A stretch of 64,000 nt of DNA. Origin: Candidatus Cloacimonadales bacterium. Lineage in GTDB: Bacteria; Cloacimonadota; Cloacimonadia; Cloacimonadales; JAIOQZ01. Positions 21,301-29,883 of the stretch are shown here, piece after piece. How positions within the stretch are numbered: position 1 is the first letter of the stretch; each line of letters begins with the position of its first letter. Both the position numbers and the translations under genes were made by a program. Below the pieces are notes generated by a model, which was given only the letters and a program-made list of their open reading frames with translations, searched no databases and had not been told where the DNA came from. The stretch lies in contig OY762463.1 of assembly GCA_963665815.1 (NCBI GenBank), forward strand, positions 3,584,001 to 3,648,000, in the 5' to 3' direction.

Positions 21301-23003
21301 TACTTAACTTGATTCCACCTGATGATGATCTGGCAGCATTATTGATTTCAGGAAATGAAATGCCTCGAGCAGGTATAACCTCTACATACACAGTGACAGT
21401 AAGAAACATTGGATTTAATGATCAGTCCACATACGATGTAAAACTTTTCTCAGATAATATTGAGCTTGCATCAGTTACAGGACAGCCAATTACACAGGGA
21501 CAAAACATAGATTTCTCACTTGACTGGACTCCTTCAATAGAAGGTATCACTGAAATCTATGGTAAAGTTATTCTTCAGGGAGATGAAGCTCCATTAAATG
21601 ATGAAACAGAACCTCTTCGTGTAAATGTACAGCCTTCCCAGACCGGTATTGCCGGTACAATAACAGACGTATTCGGAAACCCACTTGATAATGTCCAGGT
21701 TCTTGTAGAAGAACTTCTAACGGTTGTTTATACTGATGCAGCAGGACATTATGAATTTCTGGCAATGCCGCCTGAAACTTATACGGTAACAGCTTCGTTG
21801 ATGAACTATACTACTCAATCTATTGGTGGAGTTCAGGTTGTTCAAGACCAAACTACAATAGTTGATATTCTGCTGGGACAGGGTGCAATAATTACAGGAT
21901 ATGTAAGAGATACATTTGATAATCCTGTACCGAATGCAGAGCTTACACTCAGTGACAGCACGGTTGCTTATGCTAATGATTCCGGTTTCTTTGTATTCGT
22001 GAATCTGCCAACTGCAACATTCAGTCTGACAGCAGAGAAAGAAGGTTATGAAACTCAGACTATTGATAATATCAATGCAGTAGATGGACAATCCATAGAT
22101 GTAGACTTTAACATTCTTGAATTCGGTAGACTTCATATTGATGTAACTTCCAACACAGGCAATAATGCCGGAGCAGTTGCAATTATGACAGATACTTCAG
22201 ACAATACCGAGTACTCAGTTATATCAGATGAGAACGGAGATATTGATCTTGAAGGAATGTATCCGGGAACATACAATCTTGTAGTAGCAAGAACAGACCA
22301 TGATCAGTTTACTCAAGAAGGATTACAGATAATTTCAGGAGATAACACAGCTTTAACTGTTGAATTAACTGAAGTATTTACTGCTCCTACCAATATAAAC
22401 TGGCTTAACAATGAAAGACTGCTTGTATGGCAGTGTGGAGACAGATTATATAGAACCAGAGTAGAAGGCGATGAAGAACTTATTGATGGTTCTTCATATA
22501 CTGAAAAAGGCTCGAAGAATGATGGGAATGAGCGAGAATTAGTCAGTTTCCGAGTTCAGGTTGGTACTATCGATCAGACAACCACAGATACATCAATGGT
22601 TATTACCGGACTAACAATTGGAGAGCAATATCTGGCAACAATAACAGCGATTTACCAGACAGGTAGAGCTTCAGCCGGATATTATATCAATTTCGATACT
22701 GCAAATGATCCTGAAGATGTTAATCTTGTAACTGAACTAAAAGGTAATTATCCTAATCCATTCAATCCAACAACCCACATTGAATTCTCACTTAAGAAAG
22801 CCGGAAGAGTAGAACTTGCTGTCTACAATATCAACGGTCAGAAAGTTAGAACTCTTGTAAGTGGAGAAATGGAAGCAGATAATCATAAGGTTACCTGGAA
22901 TGGTAAAGACGACAGAGGAAACTCAGTATCAAGTGGAGTATACTTCTACAGACTGCAAACCTCTGAAGTATCACAAACTAAGAAAATGCTGATGCTTAAA
23001 TAA
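18372..23003 (+). CDS. Gene B: secreted modular protein (4 MAM-like modules, 3 Fn3-like linkers, CARDB, 3 carboxypeptidase-regulatory-like, FlgD-Ig/CTD)
   Basis: aggagg RBS before ATG 18372; signal peptide MRQRLVFFIVLIFTILPMYAQ; MAM motifs DHT..G.Y.YTEASG, FWYHMYG, DIAIDD; CTD LKGNYPNPFNP...KKMLMLK. Confidence 0.9.
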   Translation: MRQRLVFFIVLIFTILPMYAQVNVISTFPYEENFDNNQIPQFWSDITQDTDRWIVGICDHLSYTGPQNGDHTAGPSGYLYFDSYFSSDYDVYTMKTPSFNVAGLTSPQFTFWYNMYGLHMGELHINIYQPGSDILYTDVVQPIWGNQGQEWISQSIDLLPYNSEPFEIQIIGIAGDDHYCTISIDDIKVFNNPAVPTPATLYTPSDLENYVDEQGLLRWRNSDGATGYKLSIGTDYPPTNILDNDDRGNSLVYDFFNYSMGTTYYWQVTPYNNNGDAVGCPIMSFTTRPDPATSNCLFAEDFSTWPLDSNRWSTGGTQQWAEDPGSGGAYCDLWGWSSGNNATLISAPITISGNYNLEFRWSHKFRPVEFNDALNIFVSTNQSTWSLLAGKAQEQLHSNDGADNLSPGTFVWETISLDQYSGQTIYLKFEGVYGAGPRLYIDDISVYERVPSCPTVPVPADLATGVIEAGTLSWVSAQGAAGYKISLGTDNPPTNIADSIDVGTSLFYDYTGLAYNTTYYWKVTPYDTVGDDADCPVWQFQTRTGFAVTTFPCTETFDDGQLPNLWVDDPSNTDPWSINNSTPSVDTGPQSGDHTSGSGNFIFTEASGNYNQTFKMKTVRYDVSALTSPQFVFWYHMYGSTMGTLNVNIYHPDSGNQYMDVIVPISGDQGDTWFCQTIDLLPYNSEPFILEFVAVTGTDFHSDICIDDVSVYDNTTPPGCVTPVIPADQANEVVEQGSLHWGTVIGATGYNLSFGTDNPPTNILDNVDRADSIFYDFSGLSYSTTYYWQVTPYNTNGSAVNCPVWSFTVRGDPTITAYPYTADFDSGMIPSWWSQDNNDDMDWTFQSGSTTSSNTGPSFDHTTGSGYYIYTEASGYNNMTANIETRPFDLTNNGYPVLSFWSHMYGGDMGSLSIDVYNHSTNNWTNDFFSISGDLGDQWIEQEVDLTIFSGQIIHLRFSGHTGNGFESDIAIDDVSLLNLIPPDDDLAALLISGNEMPRAGITSTYTVTVRNIGFNDQSTYDVKLFSDNIELASVTGQPITQGQNIDFSLDWTPSIEGITEIYGKVILQGDEAPLNDETEPLRVNVQPSQTGIAGTITDVFGNPLDNVQVLVEELLTVVYTDAAGHYEFLAMPPETYTVTASLMNYTTQSIGGVQVVQDQTTIVDILLGQGAIITGYVRDTFDNPVPNAELTLSDSTVAYANDSGFFVFVNLPTATFSLTAEKEGYETQTIDNINAVDGQSIDVDFNILEFGRLHIDVTSNTGNNAGAVAIMTDTSDNTEYSVISDENGDIDLEGMYPGTYNLVVARTDHDQFTQEGLQIISGDNTALTVELTEVFTAPTNINWLNNERLLVWQCGDRLYRTRVEGDEELIDGSSYTEKGSKNDGNERELVSFRVQVGTIDQTTTDTSMVITGLTIGEQYLATITAIYQTGRASAGYYINFDTANDPEDVNLVTELKGNYPNPFNPTTHIEFSLKKAGRVELAVYNINGQKVRTLVSGEMEADNHKVTWNGKDDRGNSVSSGVYFYRLQTSEVSQTKKMLMLK

Positions 23004-23097
23004 CTCAGATGTTTCATACCTTCCAAATGGTCTTTAGACCTTTGGAATGGTGTGTAAGTTAGATTTCGAAACAGCCTCTCATTTGGGAGGCTGTTTT
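23004..23097 (+). repeat. 3' unit copy 2 (after gene B): palindrome 23012-23057 plus terminator 23069-23097
   Basis: tttcataccttccaaatggtctttagacctttggaatggtgtgtaa ... aaacagcctctcatttgggaggctgtttt. Confidence 0.92.
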
Positions 23098-23225
23098 CTC
23101 TTGTTTTTATCAGCCAGTATTATTGGAACAACTTATTCGATTGACAAATTTACCTGATTCTCAAGCATATAAACAATGATAAATTCACCTCTAAGTGAAC
23201 TCATAAAACTACTTTGGGACGGAAA

Positions 23226-23813
23226 ATGAAAATAGCCAATCTCGGAACAAAAGCTGATACAGAAAAATTAATAAAAAAGTTGATTCCTGATAATCAAATA
23301 AGAAAAGAGATTCTTGAATTTCTATCTGGGTTGATACATAGGTCAATACAGCAGAACAATAGTAACTGGAATGTAAATCTGGATAAAAATGGTAAATTTC
23401 TCCGATTTCATGTTGGTTCTCTTATGGCCATGGAAGTGACAAAAAAGAAAGTGTTAGTTGCATGTATAAGGACACTCTTAGAAAAAATGAATGAAGAAAA
23501 TAAACTGGATTGCTCGTACAAAGGATATCTCGGTAAAAAGGCCATTGAAAACAGAAATATAGAGAAAATACCAGGTTATTGCACAACAATACCTGACAGT
23601 ATAGGTGTAACTCTGGATTTATCTTCTAAACCTGTTCATGTGACTATTTTACAGGATCCGGCATGTGAGTTTGTAGATCAGGCCCAAAACACAATAATTG
23701 TCAGGAAGTTGAAAAGAGTACACTCTACTGGAGCAATAGAATTCTTGAATGAAGAGGTTCACTTACAATTGAGAAATCCTGATTACATAAAGGATGACAT
23801 TTCTGAAAAATAG
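23226..23813 (+). CDS. Hypothetical protein
   Basis: ~195-aa ORF with a TTGACA hexamer upstream; no family recognised. Confidence 0.65.
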   Translation: MKIANLGTKADTEKLIKKLIPDNQIRKEILEFLSGLIHRSIQQNNSNWNVNLDKNGKFLRFHVGSLMAMEVTKKKVLVACIRTLLEKMNEENKLDCSYKGYLGKKAIENRNIEKIPGYCTTIPDSIGVTLDLSSKPVHVTILQDPACEFVDQAQNTIIVRKLKRVHSTGAIEFLNEEVHLQLRNPDYIKDDISEK

Positions 23814-23882
23814 TAAATCCTCAACTATTGAAGTACATTACCAGAATAAATGCTGCGATTTTATCGAAAATAAACAGAGATT

Positions 23883-24875
23883 CTAAAACACCATTTCTGA
23901 CAGATATTCCCAAGCTTTTTTCATATCATCAGGCATTTCATGAATGAACTCCATTCTTTTACCGGTATCAGGGTGATTAAAACATAGTTTGTAAGAATGT
24001 AAAGCTTGTCTCTTCAAATGCTTTTTCAGTAGATTCTTTATCTTCTTTCTATAATAATCAGGGACTCTGCTTAAAATCTCATTATCACTACTGTAAACAC
24101 TATCACACAAAACCGGGTGATTAAGGTGTCTCATATGGACTCTGATTTGATGGGTTCTACCGGTTTCAATTTTCAATTCAAGCAAAGAAAAATAATCTAT
24201 GGATTCAAGTATTTTCCAGTGAGTAACAGCATGTTTTCCTTCAGTATCCACTGTCATTTTTGTTGGATCTTTTCTGGAACGATTAATATATGTGCTGACA
24301 GTCCCAAAGCTTTCACAGCCATCAAAATCCGGTGTTCCTACAATGATTGCCTTGTAGTATTTATCAATTTCTCTGTCTTGAAAAATCTGACTGAGGGCAG
24401 CATGCATTCTGTCTGTTTTAGCAACGACAAGCAGTCCGCTTGTATCTTTATCAAGTCTATGTATTATTCCCGGTCTGTCTGCACCGGACATAGTTGAAAG
24501 GTTCTTGAAATGGTATAGAAGAGCATTCACAAGTGTTCCGGAAAACACTCCGGGAGCAGGGTGTACAATAAGTCCTGCCGGTTTCATAATCACAGCAAAT
24601 TCTTCTTCTTCATAAACAACTTCAATGGGAATATTTTCAGGTTTTATTCTACTGTGTTTTCTTTCAAGTTCAGCATTAATACTGATAACTTCGCCTTCAG
24701 ATAGAATATAGCTCTTTTTAACTTCCCTGCTGTTAACCAGAACTTTTTTGCTGGCGATTAACAAATGAATAACACTTCTGGAAAGTCCTTCTGTCTTAAA
24801 AAAATCAGTTAAAAAAACATCCAGTCTCAGATGTCTGTCCTGATCATCATGATAGATTATATCCTTGTTAAGCAT
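23883..24875 (-). CDS. rluD: RluA-family 23S rRNA pseudouridine synthase with S4 domain (RluD-like)
   Basis: RLDVFL, KPAGLIVHP, RPGIIHRLDKDTSGL, ETGRTHQIRVH, QALHS. Confidence 0.9.
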   Translation of the reverse strand: MLNKDIIYHDDQDRHLRLDVFLTDFFKTEGLSRSVIHLLIASKKVLVNSREVKKSYILSEGEVISINAELERKHSRIKPENIPIEVVYEEEEFAVIMKPAGLIVHPAPGVFSGTLVNALLYHFKNLSTMSGADRPGIIHRLDKDTSGLLVVAKTDRMHAALSQIFQDREIDKYYKAIIVGTPDFDGCESFGTVSTYINRSRKDPTKMTVDTEGKHAVTHWKILESIDYFSLLELKIETGRTHQIRVHMRHLNHPVLCDSVYSSDNEILSRVPDYYRKKIKNLLKKHLKRQALHSYKLCFNHPDTGKRMEFIHEMPDDMKKAWEYLSEMVF

Positions 24876-25644
24876 GTTCTGTTTTTTCTACTTTCTTTTT
24901 CTCTATGCTCTGAATTGCAATAACAGCACCTATTGCTTCTCCGCTTTCATTTCTAACAATACTGCTTTTCAGATTCAAATGTCTCTTCTGAGATGGGAAG
25001 AAAAATTGTTGATCCGCCTGCTGGGAACGTGATTTGAGAACAATCATCGCATATTTCTTAATATTGTTTTCTATTTCAGGACTAAATCCATTACTAATTA
25101 GATTTATATCCTGTTCTAAACCCGGGAAATGCTCTGAGGCAACATCACTGACAAAACTGATTTCTCCATCAAGTTTGAGAATAACGATTCCACTATCAAG
25201 TATTCTCATAATAGAGTTTAATCTGCTGTAATGCTCAATAATTTTTTCCTTTTTTGCCTGATCGAAACTCAGGATAACATTGATCATTTTCTGCATTGAC
25301 ATTATAATTTTGACTATTTCAGGATCATTTCTCTTCTTATAATCATATTCATTTATATCAATCTTATAGTTTCCTCTGGAGATTTCATTAATAATATGAT
25401 CAGTATCTCTCAGACTTCTCCTAAGAAACACAGGTATAAAGAAGAAATATATAACACTTACAAAGAAGAATAAGAACATGAACACAAGTTGAAGATTGAT
25501 GACTATATTCTTAAAATCTTCAAACTCCTGTGAATCTATTTTGGTTGAATTATCTACAAGTGTAATGAGTAAGAATACAGATTGCAGAATAAACAACGAA
25601 AGAAATACCATAATAAGAATTCTAATTCTTTTTGTGATCTTCAT
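24868..25644 (-). CDS. Membrane protein with 2 TM, HAMP-like and PAS-like regions, no kinase domain
   Basis: Two hydrophobic helices; INEISRGNYKIDI..NDPEI (HAMP-like); LNSIMRILDSGIVILKLDGEISFVS and SIVRNESGEAIGAV (PAS-like). Confidence 0.65.
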   Translation of the reverse strand: MKITKRIRILIMVFLSLFILQSVFLLITLVDNSTKIDSQEFEDFKNIVINLQLVFMFLFFFVSVIYFFFIPVFLRRSLRDTDHIINEISRGNYKIDINEYDYKKRNDPEIVKIIMSMQKMINVILSFDQAKKEKIIEHYSRLNSIMRILDSGIVILKLDGEISFVSDVASEHFPGLEQDINLISNGFSPEIENNIKKYAMIVLKSRSQQADQQFFFPSQKRHLNLKSSIVRNESGEAIGAVIAIQSIEKKKVEKTEHA

Positions 25645-25658
25645 TTTTTCTCCATTTT

Positions 25659-26357
25659 CTATTTCTCTGAAAACTCTTTGATCAGCTCATCGATATTATT
25701 CTTTGCTCCAAGTAAGACGAGAATATCTCCATCATTAATAACATCATTTGCCCCGGGCAACTCATTAACTTTCTTTTCCAATACATTGTTGCCATCTTCA
25801 GTTACAGTGAGTTTATCATATTTTATAGCAACTACATGTATACCGAATTTATTAGGAAGAGCAATTTCCTGAAGGGTTTTACCAACATAATCTTTTGGAA
25901 CCGCTATTTCTGCTACTGTATGACCTGTTGAAAGCCTTACATACTGTAGAACATTGCCTGAGAGTAATGATTTGGACAGTTGGATTCCAATTTCTTCCTC
26001 AGGAAAAACTATATGGTGCACACCAATGAGTTCCAGGATTCTTGCATGAAGCTTGCTGTCTACTTTTGCATAGATTCTTGCTGCACCGAGATTTTTCAGC
26101 AAGGCACAAGTAAGTACACTTACTTCAATATTGTTTCCTATTGCCAGTATTACAGCATCCATTTCATGGACATTAATCTGTTTTAAACTTTTCTCATCAG
26201 TACTATCCAGAGGAAGTGCGATCGAAACTTTATTTTTTACTTCTTCAATTAACTTTTCATCGTTATCTATTGCTATTACTTCAGCTCCCTGTTCAAACAA
26301 ATCTGTGGCAATTGTCATTCCGAATTTTCCAAGACCTATAACAGCAAATTTCGCCAT
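25659..26357 (-). CDS. ktrA: KtrA/TrkA-family K+ uptake regulatory (RCK) subunit
   Basis: FAVIGLGKFG, AID, VFPEEEIG, RCK-C domain. Confidence 0.9.
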   Translation of the reverse strand: MAKFAVIGLGKFGMTIATDLFEQGAEVIAIDNDEKLIEEVKNKVSIALPLDSTDEKSLKQINVHEMDAVILAIGNNIEVSVLTCALLKNLGAARIYAKVDSKLHARILELIGVHHIVFPEEEIGIQLSKSLLSGNVLQYVRLSTGHTVAEIAVPKDYVGKTLQEIALPNKFGIHVVAIKYDKLTVTEDGNNVLEKKVNELPGANDVINDGDILVLLGAKNNIDELIKEFSEK

Positions 26358-26370
26358 AATTTCTCCTATG

Positions 26371-28338
26371 CTATCCGATAACTATTTTTTCTTCTGTGAA
26401 CACTAACGGTTTTTGTGTTTTTGCTTCTGAAAGAGCAAATATAAATGTCAGAGGACCAACTCTGCCGAGATACATCAATAAGACAATTATTATCTTACCT
26501 GGAGATGACAGATCAGATGTTATCCCCATTGAGAGTCCAACTGTTCCAAATGCAGATACAGCTTCAAATATGACTTCTGAGAATGTAGGATCATCATGAA
26601 TATCAGAAACTTCATCAGAGCAGTCAATACTGACAATTCGATTTAACGGTTTTACCGTATATTCAACTTCATTTTTAAGCAGCGGAACATCATTAATTCT
26701 ATTCATTAATGTACTGTCACTTACATTGGTAACAGAAATTTTGTCCAGTTTATTAAATGTATTCTCGACCGGTGGCATGAAGCTTCTACCGGTATTCACA
26801 ATTTGATTCGTGTTTTCCTCATTAAAGCCTGTTTCAGTCATCAACAGAGCATAAATCATAACAAAGAGGAAAGTGATTGAGATTGCTATTAATGCCATAA
26901 CTCTTTTGAGAACCTGATCTGAAATTCTTCTCTTGAACACAGAAACACCGTCCCCCCCCTGCATTATTGCAAGTACAGCAAGAATAATAACTGCAAATGT
27001 AGTTGTCTTGATACCGCCACCGGTTGATCCGGGAGAAGCACCAATAAACATGAGAAGAATTGTCGTAAGGACTGATGAATTTGACATATCACCATTATTG
27101 ACAGTATTAAATCCGGCTGTTCTGGTTGTTACCGACTGAAAGGATGATGCAAGCAGTTTCTCGAATATATTCATATCCTTAAGTGTATAGTTAAATTCTG
27201 ATATAAGAAAAGCAAAAATTCCGATTACAATTAGTAAAACTGTCATCAGTAGTACGATTTTTGAATGAAGACTCAACCTTGAAGGTTTGAATGTCCTCAG
27301 ACAGTTTCTCTGAATATCTTTTATCACTGTAAAACCAATACCACCGGTTATTATCAGCCCCATAACAGTAAAGTTGATGCCAGAATGTGTTTTAAATCCT
27401 TCCAGACTATCGGAATACAGACTGAAACCGGCATTACAAAAAGCAGATATTGAATGAAAAACAGCGTTATAAATTCTGTTATGAGCTCCATCTGCAGGAA
27501 AAGATAAGTAAAGGAAAACAGCTCCGAGAAATTCGAAGAAAATCGTTACAAAGAAAATACTTTTAACAATATTCATCATATCAAGCTGAGTTGATTCTCC
27601 AACAACATCCTGCATAATCCCTATACTACGGGCACTCATTTTTTGACCAAGCAGTATCGCAAAAGCTGTAGATATTGTCATTATTCCAAGCCCACCCACC
27701 TGAATGAGCAGAAGTATGACTAATTGTCCAAACTGTGAATAATAAGTTCCTGTGTCATGAACAATAAGCCCTGTTACGCATGTTGCAGATGTTGCAGTAA
27801 AAAGAGCATCCAGAAAATTAGTATCATTGTTTATCTCATAATCATTTACAGCCCATGGTAATGATAGCAGAAAAGCTCCGACTATTATTGTTATAAGGAA
27901 TGATGCCAGCACGAATACGGGAGGATTACTAGAGATCTTCTTATATAATCTTACTTGATTTGTCTCGGGGTCAGAATTCTGAAGCCTTGCAGTAATATCC
28001 CTTACAGCAACGAATATCTGTCTGCCTACAAGATACAGTTGAATAAACTTTGTATCAGGTTTGAAAATCAGTAGAAAAGCTATTATGAAGAAATCTATAA
28101 GTAATCTTCTATACGTAGTAAACATCACAGGATTACATAAAATTTTTAACAATATATATGCAATATAGATATATGTGATTGAAGGAAGATACACTTCATT
28201 GAATGATATAAAATAAGAATTATCAGCAAGATGGTATATCAAAAAGAGAGATACAACATTTATGCCGGCTATCAGATAAATTAATTTATCCGCATATCCT
28301 GTGAGCTTTTTCATTATGTATTTGATATTGAATTTCAT
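26371..28338 (-). CDS. ktrB: KtrB/TrkH-family K+ transporter membrane subunit (extended)
   Basis: ATSATCVTGL, SISAFCNAGFS, TTRTAGFN, GASPGSTGGGIKTTT, SAFGTVGLS pore motifs. Confidence 0.9.
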   Translation of the reverse strand: MKFNIKYIMKKLTGYADKLIYLIAGINVVSLFLIYHLADNSYFISFNEVYLPSITYIYIAYILLKILCNPVMFTTYRRLLIDFFIIAFLLIFKPDTKFIQLYLVGRQIFVAVRDITARLQNSDPETNQVRLYKKISSNPPVFVLASFLITIIVGAFLLSLPWAVNDYEINNDTNFLDALFTATSATCVTGLIVHDTGTYYSQFGQLVILLLIQVGGLGIMTISTAFAILLGQKMSARSIGIMQDVVGESTQLDMMNIVKSIFFVTIFFEFLGAVFLYLSFPADGAHNRIYNAVFHSISAFCNAGFSLYSDSLEGFKTHSGINFTVMGLIITGGIGFTVIKDIQRNCLRTFKPSRLSLHSKIVLLMTVLLIVIGIFAFLISEFNYTLKDMNIFEKLLASSFQSVTTRTAGFNTVNNGDMSNSSVLTTILLMFIGASPGSTGGGIKTTTFAVIILAVLAIMQGGDGVSVFKRRISDQVLKRVMALIAISITFLFVMIYALLMTETGFNEENTNQIVNTGRSFMPPVENTFNKLDKISVTNVSDSTLMNRINDVPLLKNEVEYTVKPLNRIVSIDCSDEVSDIHDDPTFSEVIFEAVSAFGTVGLSMGITSDLSSPGKIIIVLLMYLGRVGPLTFIFALSEAKTQKPLVFTEEKIVIG

Positions 28339-28354
28339 TTATTTCAGAATTCTT

Positions 28355-28993
28355 TCACTTATTTTTTCTTGGACCTTTCTCCAGTATTTTCATAACTCTC
28401 TCGTGAATTTCCTCAGGAGTCAAAGTCGCATCAATTCGTTCAACCATACCTTTCTTGTCGAATAACTCAACAACGACATCCGTTTTCTCATGGAACGTAT
28501 GAAGTCTGGACTCTATTTCGGTTGGATAATCATCTTTCCGTCTTGTTAGTTCTCCACCACAAGAATCGCAAATGTTATCTCTTTCGGGAGGATTATAAAG
28601 AAGATTATAATCTTTACCACATTGTGAGCAAAGCCTTCTTGCAAGCATCCTCTGCTCAGCTATTTCGTCATCCAGTTCCAGTAATATCACATGATCAATT
28701 TTGTAATGATTAAGCAAATATTCAGCTTGTTTAAGATTTCTGGGAAATCCGTCAAGAATAAATCCATGAGTTTCAATTTCTTCATCAATTATTCTGTAAA
28801 CAATTTCATCAGAAACAAAATTTCCTCCATCAACGAGTTCCTTGATTTCCTTTCCAAGATCAGTCATATGTTCTATATGCCATCTTAATTTAGCTCCGAT
28901 GTTAATGTGCTTAGTTCCGGCTTTTCGGGAAGCCAATTTCGCCTGGGTGCCTTTTCCGCTCCCTTGAATTCCCATGAAAACAACTCTTAACAT
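28355..28993 (-). CDS. adk: Adenylate kinase (Zn-lid type)
   Basis: GIQGSGKGTQA, FILDGFPR, lid CSQC...CDSC, RKDD. Confidence 0.92.
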   Translation of the reverse strand: MLRVVFMGIQGSGKGTQAKLASRKAGTKHINIGAKLRWHIEHMTDLGKEIKELVDGGNFVSDEIVYRIIDEEIETHGFILDGFPRNLKQAEYLLNHYKIDHVILLELDDEIAEQRMLARRLCSQCGKDYNLLYNPPERDNICDSCGGELTRRKDDYPTEIESRLHTFHEKTDVVVELFDKKGMVERIDATLTPEEIHERVMKILEKGPRKNK

Positions 28994-29260
28994 ATTTCCT
29001 CCAGTTTACTGAATATGAAACAAAAATAAAGTATACTTATAATGCATTTCTCGTCAAGTTTCTTATGTAATAACAATGAATAATTTTTCTTTTCATGTAT
29101 TTAACAAGTGCAAATTGGCAGTCTTTCTCATATAATTTTCAGATACTTTCGAAAATAAGTTTGACCCACAATCAACCATTATTTTTCTTGATTTTATTCA
29201 TGATGTCCTATGCATCTGCAAAACAGTTATTTACTAAAAATAAGAAATAGAGAGGAAAAT

Positions 29261-29803
29261 ATGGACTGGTATATTAACGCAGTTACAGCACATCCGGTAA
29301 TGATGGCTATGATTCAGTTTGCTATTCTTGGAACATTAGGTGAGTTTATCTCCAAATGGATTGTCAGTAAAAAAATATTCATACCTTTTACAATCGGATT
29401 TGTGTTATGGAAAATGGTTGTCTGGGCAATACTTGCTTTTTTTATAAAGATGGCTTTTACAGGAATGGAAGGATTTCTGGATAGTGCAGTGGATCATCAC
29501 TTGATGTTCCCGGCTGTAAAAGAAGCAGGATTTTTCAGAGCTTTCATGAAATCTGTTACAACTAATCTTTTCTTTGGATTCTTCTTGATTATAGCTCACA
29601 GATTCCTTGATAACATAGTTCTTAAAGAAAAATCTTATAAAGGAATTGATATAGGTATTAAATCACTGATCTGGTTCTGGATTCCGGCTCATACTATAAC
29701 TTTTATTCTACCTAAAGCATTCCAGATTGGTCTTGCTGCTTTATGGTCAGTAGCACTGGGAATTATTCTTGGATTTGCAATAGCAGTATCAAACAAAAAG
29801 TAA
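29261..29803 (+). CDS. Integral membrane protein (possibly Mpv17/PMP22-like)
   Basis: Multiple TM helices; WFWIPAHTITF.LP..FQI...ALWS; RBS gagg before ATG 29261. Confidence 0.6.
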   Translation: MDWYINAVTAHPVMMAMIQFAILGTLGEFISKWIVSKKIFIPFTIGFVLWKMVVWAILAFFIKMAFTGMEGFLDSAVDHHLMFPAVKEAGFFRAFMKSVTTNLFFGFFLIIAHRFLDNIVLKEKSYKGIDIGIKSLIWFWIPAHTITFILPKAFQIGLAALWSVALGIILGFAIAVSNKK

Positions 29804-29823
29804 AATTTCTGATAACAATATGC

Positions 29824-29858
29824 AAAAAACAGGATGTCTGGTCAGGACATCCTGTTTT
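29824..29858. terminator. Bidirectional terminator between convergent genes
   Basis: aaaacaggatgtc-tggtcag-gacatcctgtttt. Confidence 0.8.
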
Positions 29859-29883
29859 GTTATATACGGTTTAAGGTTAATCT

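Noticed and set aside
20790..23003. Diversity-generating retroelement (TR/VR pair) explaining near-identical repeats
   Set aside because: The mismatches I inspected are not adenine-specific, both copies are long coding regions, and no reverse transcriptase is present.
22998..23064. 3' unit as an integron attC site (AAATAAC at stop ... GTTAGAT; AAATAAC/GTTATTT in copy 5)
   Set aside because: No pairing L boxes at the required spacing, the GTT position is inconsistent among copies, the genes are not in a tandem array and have their own RBS/terminators, and no integrase is visible.
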